Shown in pieces: positions 11,301-23,800 of a stretch of 36,115 bases of DNA (positions are counted from its first letter, which is position 1; every line of letters starts with the position of its first letter). The position numbers were made by a program, and so were the translations under genes. Source of the DNA: Catajapyx aquilonaris (Eukaryota); contig KZ539029.1 of assembly GCA_000934665.2 (NCBI GenBank), positions 1 through 36,115 on the forward strand, given 5' to 3'. The notes beneath the pieces were generated by a model. It saw nothing but the letters and a program-made list of their open reading frames with translations, was not told where the DNA came from and made no database searches.

Positions 11301-14300
11301 AAAGGAGAAACAATGAGTACCTTTTCATGTGAGACAGCGAAACGGATGTAGGGATGAAAGGAGCGGAGGGGAACAGAATGGGCTGCGGGGAGTTTTTATT
11401 TATCGTGCGGTTTTGTTTATGCTTCAACTCGACAGGTCAATATTCTTCATTCGCACGTTGAACTCTCTCTACCATCTATGGAAGACAAGTGGCTGCGAGA
11501 GTAACATCCTGCAATTTAGGAGAACACATCAGTGTGTAACCGAATTAGGTGTGCAGCCAATTAAAATTGTGGTATTTGTATTATGGCGAGGTACAAGAGT
11601 GTCGCAAAGGTCGCAGCTGACCAAATTCTTGAGGCACTTCATTTTTATGGCCTACACTAATGAACGTGTTAAAATAACGTTGCGCTTTCGAGTAAAGCTG
11701 TTACAAGGTAGGAACTGTGCAATTATGAGAAGTAGCCTGGTGTAGGAAAGAGTTTATAGCAAGCAAAGCGTGATATTTATAAAATTGACATATTTTTGTC
11801 GAATCGAGTAGAAATGCGACGCAAATGTGGGGATCTGAAGAGCAAGGTGCAAAATTATTGAGAAAAGAGCGTGCTCTGTTTACCTGCACCAGAAAAGATT
11901 CATTAACCCTGTAATGCCACTAATCTAAGTAATGCCCACTGGGTCATATCTGGCACACCATTTAGTGCAATTTTTGCAACTTTTGCAATTTTTATATTTT
12001 ACGTAAGTGTGCCAAATTGCACTAAATGGTGTGCCAGATATGACCCATGGGGCATTACAGGGTTAAATTAATTACGAAGTAACGCATTTATAATTTTCTT
12101 TAAAGGAATAGAATACAGTACTACGTATATTTTCGTATCTTCAGGTGATGCAATAGCAGTTTTGAATTACGCATTCATATACCACGAGTGTTCTACGGAA
12201 GTGTCATTTTTACTTACTGATTTTTAGCAGTAAGCTGTTTATTTTTAAACAACTGTTTAACTTTGGAGTAGTTCCTTTTAGTGGTGGTTGTAATCAAAAG
12301 CATTAGTATGTTGCTGATATTAGACTGAATAGTATCATTTTCCCAAACTATGAATTGCCACGTACTTCCGATTACCCATTGGTACTATTGGCATGCAACG
12401 TCATTGATAAAACCCATTTTGTTCAGGCCAGACCCGCTTGCAAGAATTAAAAAGGATAGGTCCACGCAACCTATTACTTATACAGCTAATGCTTTTGATA
12501 ACCAATCAAAATACCTATCCGAAAGTACTTGCTTAGTGCTAAAATCGCTAACGAATATGGACATTTCAATTGAATTCCTTGTATTATGTCATTCATCACG
12601 AAATAATAATTACAACTCATTGTCAGTTATACAGTATATCACATTACTCAATGAATTAAGGTGCATTCACATATCGGCGACTGCGACCACGACCGCGTGC
12701 CCGAGCGACGTCGCGGGCATGGTGTCGCCCAGCTGCTGGGGGCCCGGTCGCAGCGCTCTTTGGGGCACGACGGACGTCGCGCGTCGTGACAGCATTCACG
12801 CAAGCCGTCGCCACGATCATTGGCCACGATCTCATGCCCGAAAAAAAAAGATGGAGGCTTCGCTGGCCTCCGCTGAGAGCCGACCTTATCCCTCAAAGTA
12901 CAGGCTCGGAAGGCATATTTCCGTCACAAACTGCAATGGTTAGGGGGATTCTGAGTGAACATGCTGGCTGTTGGACAACATATTCCATAATAAAGCCAAA
13001 GCGAGGATGTATTTTGATTATGCCAAAGAAATGTGTGGTACCGGTTTATTACTATATAACCCGTGTATGTTATTTTCTTCATAATTATATGATGTCAGGT
13101 GGTCAAAGCTACAGTATATTCAGTTTAAATAAACCGGAAAATGTAGCACATGTCCTACATGAACTGCTTGGGCAGCTCTCTTGTCAGTACTTATTGTCAC
13201 AGTACATTTTATTCGTTATTATGCGATTTTTTTATCTCTCTACCGAAATAGACTTATGCCTGATTGCACCAGCGAAATTACCGATTCGATAGCTCCAAAC
13301 AGATCGTTAGGACACCCTTTTAACGTGTGCTAACAATCTGTTAGGAGCTATCGAATCGGTAATTTCGTTGGTGCAATCGGGCATTATTGATCCTAGGGAC
13401 AACTACAGGTATTATGTAAACTAATTATGGTACCGGTATGGATAACATGCATGCACTATATTGCCGAAAAGATAATGGGGTTGACGAAGTAGAGGGTCAA
13501 AAGGTGATGCTTGATTGTTGTGAAATTGACTTGTTCCGAAGCTGAGGTGTGCGAACGGACCATTATCTCACGATCTACAGGTGGACAAAATAGTGCGGTT
13601 GAAGTTGTAGATGAAAGAGAAACTGGACTTGTCGCAGTTTGTACTTTGTATAGGCTACTAGTCTTGTATGATACGTGCTTCTTTCATAAATTACTGAGCC
13701 ATAGCATAATACATGTATCATACCCTAGCTGTCCATTCAAGTTATGTGAGACATGGGCTACACCTCAATAGTCTATACATTATTATTGCCATTGAGTGTT
13801 TGGGGTCGAATAATGTGTTTGACTGAGAGACATGCACAAACTGCATTTCCTTACCTTGATTTCCATCGAAATATTTAAATAAATGTTTTGAAATCAGCAG
13901 TATTTGAAAAACGCTTATTAGGAGAGTATCGTTGGTAACTATACGTAACGCATGGAAGATGGAACAATAATCTTCATATCACTGCACTGGCATGAGCATT
14001 TGCATTCATACTTCATCATTTTGTCCACATTGCTTTGAAACAAATCAGTTGCCGTATTATACAAGCCTACGACATACTATGCGTAATTATTTGTGGGCTG
14101 TTTAGGTGGGCAATTTTCCTCTGAGTCATCTCTCGCCACAGGATTAAAATGGGGTCAAGTCCTGGAACAGTCCATATTTCACTTTCACTATTGATGTCAT
14201 GAGTTTGAGCATCTCATGTCTTCCACTCTCAATAAGTGATTACGAAAGTTTGGTTGCTAGAAAAAAAAGCCATTTTCATCACATTGGAATCCGGTTCCTA

Positions 14301-14762
14301 CCCTCAGCACCACCGAAAAAAACACGTCATTCTTGACCTTTCTCAGTGACGTCACTGCTTTCCCGTGATCTTCCCGGCGCGGCGTTGAATTTTTCTCAAT
14401 CTAGTCCTACTTATACGCCTTCCGGTTTCAGATACAATTGTCTCAAAACTAGCTGCACATGCGTCACTAGGCCACGCCCGAGATGTTTATGAACAATACA
14501 TCTTTACAGTGTTGTACTGAATTACTGAGTAACATTAGTTTAACCCGTAGGTGCTGTGCTGGTTTTATAGGCCCCATCCGAGTTATGACCTTGCTAAGTT
14601 TTTTGGGGTTTTGTAATTTTTGTTATACTGTATTTCTAAGGGCTCTATCAGCTCAAAATAAGGAGGAGGTCTCTAATTCTTTCGGATTATGCATTGTGAA
14701 TAATTCTAAATAATAATAAGCTATTTTCCCTAAATTGCTGTCATGCAACCGACTGTAAGCCT

Positions 14763-14825
<63 letters not shown>

Positions 14826-14836
14826 TAATAATAATG

Positions 14837-14875
<39 letters not shown>

Positions 14876-17800
14876 TGTGCAGTGTTGGTAAGTCTTTTTT
14901 GCAATCAGAAAACAAGTTTGAAGAGAAGTTATTGGGCTATGCATATCAAAATTTTACGACATAATTACGTATGAGGTATGACAAGTTAAGCGTAAAGAAT
15001 AATATACAGTATAGGCTATATTTATTGCAGCCCAATGCTGCCAGTAATAAGCGTAGTACATATTTCAAGGGGGTAATCACTTCGGTACTCCGGTGTACAC
15101 CTGCGAGTGGTAGGTACTCCCTGGTACTCCTCAGGTAACTTACCTCACTCTTTATTACTCCTTGGTACTCCTTGAATTTGGTACTCCAGTGTGTACACTT
15201 TTCAGTCGAGTGATTACCCCCTTGGCATATTTGAGCTTGCACTTTGTTTATTCTGAACAAGTCGGCCTACTGCTATTTAACGGTTATTGTTGTTCCCAAA
15301 ATTGTGTCGAGATCATATTGTGTCATCTTTTTACAAGTATTTCAAAAAGCTGTAAACATTCTGCAACAAAACAATGTATGTTACAGTTAGTTTCACAGCA
15401 ATGTGAACATTAATAATGGAACTTAATATTGGCTTGTTGGGCACCAAACTGTGTTGGCACTATCATGATTGTATACACTGTACAGTTTTCTCCAGTGACC
15501 CCAAGAACTATGTCGGCGGTATCTTCGTCTACTGACAGGGCCACCCAAGTCGGACAGGTCTTTGGGGTAGGAGACAGACTAAGAGAGATACCAGACTTTC
15601 CTCTTCGTTTCTTTCTCCATCTGTCTCACCTTTGCGTCTTCTTTTACAAGTAGCCAGATAGCATAGTTGCTTTGGCTCCTTCCTAATCAAACTAAACCAA
15701 ACACTGGCACTGTGCAGTAATTCAGGTAGGCTACATATAAAAACATATTGCCCATTCACAATTTGTTCCTAAAATTAAGAAAGCTTGGTCTCAAAATGTG
15801 CAGAAAAATAATTTTGCCGATTTTATGCCTAGAACCGGTTGCAGAATGGGGCTGTAAAACAAAGCAATTATGCCATTCACACCATGAAGACAGTACGGCA
15901 TATAATAATTTTTATTATTTGTACATTCACTGAACGCCACACCTGGGCATGTCCTGCAAACACCTCACCTCCAAAAGGGACCTGGCCATAAAGAACAACC
16001 TCACCCACAAAACTTTCGCAAATCCTTATCGAGAAATTACCCCCGATTGGATCCATCATCACGGTTGTGCTATAGGAGGACAACCGCGATAAGTGTCACA
16101 CGATAAGTGAATGTTTGAAGACTTGGCCTCCTTGCTTTACTGAGCGCTACGCCCATTAGTAGGAAGAACCGCTCTTCCTTTTTCCTCCTTCTCCATACAG
16201 GGTCTCACCTGACAGAAACGGCCTACCGAACTCACACATGGGAATCCGAACAGGTCGTCGGAATGCGAGTAATACGAACCCGACTTACTAACGGTGGAAA
16301 CCGGTACCGGCGAAAAAAGAGTGAGAGTGGGCACACACACAATTTGGATAATGGCCCGTGCCATCATACCGTACACACGCACTTGTCAACTTGTCTACAA
16401 CTGCAATACCTTTTTTTTTCCAATCCCGTAATATGAATCGTGGGAATCAAAAGAACCGTTTGCATAATATTGGCGGTGGGAATAATTCGAAAGTGGTGCC
16501 CTCTACCACCTTTGCGTACGTATTGCCCCCATGGTTTGTCGGGTGGCATCACGTATGCTAACTTCCTGGAGTGGCGAGCATAGGTGCTTTTGGAGGAAGG
16601 AAGCCGTGACCAAGCAGGCAAAAGAGGGGTGAACGAACTGCTCCATCCAGCCAACCAACCAGCCCAACGGGCTTCAGACGTGGTCAACAGCACGGTGGTA
16701 GCTCTCAGGACGGGTTTATTCACGGTGCATGCTGGGAGGAAACGTACTTTTTTTTTACTTAGCATTTTACAAAGGCAGTAATCAACCTGGTTTTTTTAAA
16801 GGAGTTAAATGGGTCTATAAATGGACAAAATAGGTTGACCTTTGCGTGCGCTTTGGCGTGTTTCTAGTCGCGTCTTACAACTGGTTTACAGAGATATTGT
16901 TTGCATTATGTAAGGGTGGACGTTGGTGAGATGTTTGGACCTGACCTTGCAAATATGTGGATTCTACCGTTCATATGTTCGGGTCAGAGATGTGTGTGGA
17001 CTCAAAACCACGTAACTGTTAGGGAGGGGCAAAATAAGGGATGATTGCATCAGAACATAGTAATACAGTGAAACTACTGAAACATGTAGGCTATATGGCA
17101 GAATCCACCCAAAATTTTCTGTAATACACAAGTGTCAGCTCGTATATCGGACGAGAGTTAATTATTTAAAAGAATTTAAGGTGCAATAACAAATTTTCGT
17201 AAAGTCCATAGCCTTTTAGATCTTGAATTTGTGGCCATAGTCTCCTGCTCGCTGCTCACGCCCATTTTTTGCCCCACTTCCGGTTCGGTGAATTTGTGAA
17301 ACGGCCTTTAACGCAGTATTAATTCCGCCATACGCAGGGTTTTCCTTCGTGACGGAATTTGTGAAACCTATATGTCCGGTTTTCACGTTAGAACAGGTTC
17401 CTCTAAATCGAATAAATATGAGGTGTAGCACTTTGCACTTTTTCGGGGCTCATAACTACACACAAAATGGAGACACACTTTTGATACAGAACTAGATGTC
17501 ATATGGCACGCAAACGTGTCAGCTAATCTCGCCAACGCGTTTTGTGCAAAATGACGCAAAACTGTGCCGTGTTATACGTAGTATGACACATATCATATCC
17601 AAATTCTGTAATGTGCAAAAGATACTCCAAAACCTTTCACGTGACACACTTGAGGAAGGATGGAAGGGTTTTATGTGGCAGAATGTGTCATTCAACTCAT
17701 AAATTCATGTCGTATTTTCGCTGACACATTTTGTTTCGTTTTGTGTCATTGTGTGTACACCAAGAAAACAATCGCATATGGCTGCATAACTTTTAAAAAA

Positions 17801-20800
17801 TCAAACCCCACCAGGAGACATGATTATTAGGCTATTTTCTGTATAGCTGCGTACACAATGGCTTTTGCTAAATATTCTGACTTGTCGTTGCTTTCTAAAA
17901 TCTTCATTATTTGTATGTGTAGGCGTCGCTCTAATGGAGAAACCGGAAAATGATAAACGTGTTTTATTATGGTACTTTCGCCTTTTCTTTTCTACACTTG
18001 ACTATACTAAAAAATTTTGGTAGTACTCTACACTTCTACAGTCTCTACACGGTATGCTTCCAGGCGATTTCTCACAGAGACGAATTCAAACGATCACTAT
18101 TCTGTCACCTGGGAAACATGAAACTAACAGTCAACTACTTGCAAGCGCACTTTTTCCAGATATTGACCTATACTGTTAATGAAAAGACCAAACTATTCGA
18201 TGTAATTTGGGCTAGTTTCCTCCCATAATAGAACATGATTTCCTATACCTATTACACGCTGATATAGTTGTGGCATTCGAAAATTGAAACGTTATACTGC
18301 TTCATGTAACCACTGTTGTAGGGAATATAGCGAATCTTCTGAAACAATTCCATCAATGCAAAGCGGTTACAATGGAGTTCAGTTAGTTCTTATATGATAT
18401 TGTCAGCATACATTGTTAAGCCTGATGTAGACGGTACCGTAGTGTAGGCCCGTACTCAACTTGAAAATGTGGCACATCCTTTATGTTGCCCCGATCGCCT
18501 CAATATTTCAAATACAAAATTTTCTAACCGGTTCTTTTGACGTGACGCTTTTCGGTGAACTAATAGAGTCACATAGGTTATACGGCGCGGCGTAACAGTA
18601 GCGGATAAAGTCAAGGTCAATCTCGTAAGTTTTAATTCCTCATTCTCGCACCATTGATGCTCTGATATGTACACACATTTGATGGTGCATGTAACAACGA
18701 GGGAATATATTTTTTTGAACACCAGAAGCAGTGTTCCACTCGGGATGTGTATAAACAATTTTTTTTGTGGGAAATATGGAAAACTTTCTGTTGAGTGCAC
18801 GGCATGCATAATGTTGGCGCGTCTCGAACCTCCAACCAGAATAATGATATTGCCCACTCTCTTCGGTGCACATGTTCCAGTCTTGAGTACTAAGAAAAAA
18901 TGATGTAGTAGAGTATAATAAGGAGGTAAGATACAGCCTGGAATACTGTGAAGAACAACGCCCTTTTCTTGGCGAGGGAGGACAAAGACATTTCCCTTTG
19001 GTTGCACACCAGGTCAGAGGTCATTCTGCCGTGACGAGGAGTTGGTGATGACCAAGGTAGAGCAGCTCCGGAAACGAAGGGTCCTCTCCCACCATCAAAA
19101 CTTTGAATTCGGCAATAATGAGGCGAGCAGTCAAGGTGAAGGGCACAAGTACATGATAAGAACTGTTTACTCTTCTTAATTGTGATTTATTGTCTTTAAT
19201 TTATAGCCGAACTATATGCCACGTTGCATGTTGGGAGTGGGCGATTATCAATTATAGCGGAACGGAGTACAGACCATTGCATTGTTGTGCTGTTCTCGAG
19301 GCCAAATTATTGGTAGACTAACTGTGCGTGACAAATTGGCTGAAATCTTCTCCTATATATAGTCTGGCAGCCGCAGTTATAAGTACTGCAAATCCAAGGT
19401 GTGCAGCCTATTTGATGCGGTCTGTTGCGGTCAATGCCAAGGCCTGCCTGCCATCCAGAACTACATCCAATCCGATAACGGAGATTGCTTTAGCATTTGA
19501 TTCCTTAATGCTGTTCTGAGACAACAGTCATTAGGAGACATACTTTTCAACACCCATTGTAACATCCGATATTAATATCTGTGGAAGGTCAGTGCTCTGG
19601 TTCCCCTGGACGTCCATAGTGGGGCCAATGTCCAATGCAGTGCATCAGGACACGTAAGAGTTTGAAAGTACACAAAAAAGGCGAGGACGAGGTGGGAATT
19701 TGCGTCATCAAATTCCTGATCACATGAATTTGACCTCACTCTGCATCATCAAATGGAAAAACTGATAGAATAAATCTACAAGCCCCGGTGAAAGCGTTGC
19801 ATATAATGTATGTCCCTCTCGTCTGCTGAAATAATGAAGTACTTTCCCTTATCTGTTTAGTTTTGTTGGCTGTGATCAGAGGTGACGATGCAGAAATATG
19901 GGATGGACCTTTAATGGTATATAGGCATACTCATATTGTCACTATACTGCTTTACAACTGAGAACCTGTACTGTATAGGACAATCCGAGTCGAAAAATTG
20001 AGTTATGCGTTGTGTAACATTTTCCATGATCATATTATCTGAGGGTCAAGTCAGTTTTCTTTTAGAGCAAAGTTACCATTTCCATATTATACATACATGA
20101 ATGTTTGATAAAAAGAGGATTTCATCAGGGATCATGCATTCTTCAAATTTCAACCCCTCATATACGGAATCATTCCAGTGTGACTGTGATTGATTTGCAT
20201 TCAGTGTTAGTCATTGGTATCCTAATCCTGCATTGTCAACAATCTGTTAAACTTTGTGCTGTGCATTCCTATAGGGTATCTAGAGTATTGTTTTGGTAGG
20301 TCAACAAATCTGTGGCCATGATAATATCGGGTTACAGCTCAGAGAATCGGCCTTGAGGGAGTAAATGCATGAATTGAATAGGCCTAAGGTCTACGTCGGT
20401 TCTGCACACGGTTCTGCAGAAGTTAGTATCGTATCGCAGTCACAGATCTATATAGACTACATTTAGCAACTGATGACTTCCAGAACGTGATTTAAAATAT
20501 ACAGTATATCCACATTAAGTTATCTGCGTTCTTTGTAGTGCAGATATATGCAATGAAAAGCTTCGTCTCTCAGAAAAGCTGATTTCTTCATGATAAAGTT
20601 GTGGAACTAATACGTATAAGCACTGATGCTAGCTCTTTTCACAGCACTAAGCGCACTATAAATGCTTTAAACCGGTTCCTGGAATGAACATATTGAACAA
20701 TTCATAGCGTAATCCCTGACACTCTTCCCTTATATTGTGGACTTGGGCATGGCGCTATCCTGAATAGCCTTCTATTTCATTAAAATGACGTAATCTCTAA

Positions 20801-23800
20801 AGCGCAAAAAATTGCAATTCCTTTCAAAATATTGATGGCAGAGCAAAACTGCAGATCGTTTTAGCCCTACCGGCATCCAATGCCCAATGTATGCATGGGC
20901 TAACTGCATAATTAACTTTCATAACAATGATGTGTTTTCATTAGTTATTGCTGGAGTCTGATGACACTGTATTTTGGTTGCAGGCAGCTGCAGCGCACAC
21001 TCAGACACCGTCATGCAGAGTTTTGTGTCATCAGATGCCGACCACGACTCATTTGCGACGGAAAGGCCTGTTCCTTATCTTCCAACGAAGGTGATGGCCA
21101 TGGATATTAGTGATCAACAGCAGGTAACTGACACTGCAACCATGGAAGATCTTGGGGCCGATCCATGGATAACTGGCACGTGGAGTGTAGATGTGACAGA
21201 CACTCAATCACTCAACACTGAAACAGTTGAAACGGAAGCAGCCGGGACCACCAGTGATGATAACCCGACAATTGCTCCGACAACTACAAACACAGCCCCA
21301 TTTTCTGGAGCGCGTCAGGAAGACAATGCCAGCACCGAAAGCCTCAGCTCGTACCAAGATGAAGAAAGACTAGTGGAGACCACGGAGGCTCGGGTGGGAA
21401 AGGACGAGAAAAGATTATCTACAACATCCAGTATACGGGTGGTTCGGTCTGTGGCATCATTGGCAGCTCATGTGAAACCCACTCCCACTATTCAACAGCA
21501 TCATTTTTTAGCCACGGCGAACTCTGACGTTGCACCGGGAGTCACGACGTCAGAGTCAATGGTGGCGACCCCCGTGGCCAGTCCCTCGAGGAAAAGCGAT
21601 CGAAAGTCCAAGCCAGATGTACAAGATATAATAGATGGGATTGTAAAGTTATTGGGAGGAAAAGTGCATGTACAAGCAGCCACAGAACCTCTGCTTAGCA
21701 AAGAGCAGTCACATCCTGGGAACACCCGAATTAACAATCGAGGGCCACCCCGAATCACAGAGTTACCATTTGAGGCTATCCCTCTAGAGACATTGCCAGG
21801 AACCCCTTCAAGAAGGCCTCCCCCATTTGGGATTCCATATTCAGTGCTGGGAAGGCCAGTCCAACACAACTCCAACACAGCACAGCCCCCTTTTCAAAAT
21901 GGGATTCCCCTCCCAGAACAAGTAGTGCCACCGTTTCCTGGAGGAAGACCTAGACCCAGGCCGCATTTGTCTCCTTTACGACCGAGACCAACACCACCAC
22001 AACCTTTGCTCATACCTCTGAGACCTCCTTTTCATCATATAGGCTCGGAGAACATGGACCCTGCAGACGTCAACCATGCTCTGAGTAATCCTGAACAGCC
22101 TCCGAAGGAGAATTCTAAAATGAAAGTGCAACCTGCAGCTACAGACTCACAAAGTGCCCTAAACCCATTTACCCAACAACCTCACAGGGAAAATGCAACG
22201 ACTGAGGTAACGACGTCGGAAGTGCTGGCTGAGTCACAGCAGACAATGCCATCCTCTTTGCTGACTTCCACTTACACATCTAGTCCACTAGTGCTACCTA
22301 CTACAACAATTCCTAAACCTTCTACCACTGTCACGGAAGCACCCTTGATCTCCACTGTTATCGATCCCGTACCAGCTATACCTTTAAGTGGTAGCATTTA
22401 TGCCCATGAAGAGAGTTCATCTTTACCTCTATTGGAACCATCAGTGGTAGAGGTGACAGTCACTTCAGAAGTCTTTACTACTGTAACAGTAACATCCACA
22501 CCAGTTCTGGAGTTTGGGACATCACATGTGACGGAGAATACAGGATCAGTAACACCTCCCATTTACAAACCTGCTATTGATGTTGGGCATCACATACCTC
22601 CATCACAACCAGAACTGAAAACGTATATGCGTCCTTCAAGGCCTTTCATGCGACCAGGTATCGTCATTGATGATACAGCTTATCGGCCTGCAGATGTGAT
22701 TGTGGGGGAGGTTGTTCATGGTGGAGATGTTCCGGGAGAAATTTTTGACATTACTGTTACAGCCAACCAAAATTTTGGTGGGCATCGTGAACCCACTGGG
22801 AAGCCATATGTTATTCCAGGTACTGCAGTGTTTGTACAATTTTAGTCCCTCTTCCAGAATGTGACAAGTTACTTAAACGTATTCAATATATTTTCAGTGG
22901 ACATTGAAGATATTTTGACCACTGCAGCCGGGACAGAGCAATTTGTATCCATCGATGGCAAACGCACCTACTTCAACCTATTCCCCTCTGGCGCGGGAGG
23001 TACAGAGGCTACTCGAGTTGTAGGTGCTGGTATTAACTTCGCACCACCCAAAGCTCCCGTCTTGGCACAACCAGCACATACCCCACCTTCCAGACCTCCT
23101 CCACCACCACCTCTTCACCCTCCATCACCCCGTCCTCCTCCTACCAGACGCCCATTCCGACGTCCTTCTTTGCCTCCTGTTCGCATCGACACATGTATCG
23201 TTGGTGATGCCAGCACCTGTGATGAAGATGGCCACGAAGTATGCCGTACTGAGCAAGGAGTGTCAGCTTGCGTGTGTCGACCTGGTTTTGCTCGCAGAAG
23301 GCATCGTGGACCATGCTCAAGTTAGTTTTGACTTTGTTTTCCTTGTTACACTTGTGATGGAGGTGGACCTCATGTTCATTGTTATATTTAGGAGCTGTAT
23401 CACTGGTCATTTCGCTAAAAGTTGATCGCATCAATGAGCAACGAGTCACATGGGATGAACGCTACAGGGATGCAGGTTCAGAAAAATATCAGGAATTAGA
23501 GTGGGAAGCAGGACATGCGGTAAGTTTCCAAAGAGCATCTGGCATGCTTGTTTGGTGGAGATGAGATGGCAATGTGCCATAATATGTTACACTAAAGCAG
23601 CAACCACGACATGCATTAATATGAACTGCATTTTATTGAAGCTGGATAGTGCCATGGGCATGACACCGTTGGCCTCCCTCTATATGGGAAGTCGAGTGAA
23701 TGCCTTCTACACCATAGGGGGTCGAGTGATGGTAAATGCTACCATGCTGCTACAACAAACTCAGCAGACTAAAGCTCCAACTGTGAAGCGCAACATTCAA

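Noticed and set aside
12350..13292. 197-aa and 168-aa ORFs in intron 1
   Set aside because: No recognisable domain; they stay open because of a GC-rich TE fragment.
18456..19007. 183-aa minus-strand ORF (and the 183-aa ORF at 6523-7074)
   Set aside because: Non-ATG starts and no recognisable motifs; the second one runs through the HINE microsatellite.
19035..19092. GTGATGA...GAAAC...GTC hammerhead-like string
   Set aside because: The core C3 is missing and stem II does not pair.
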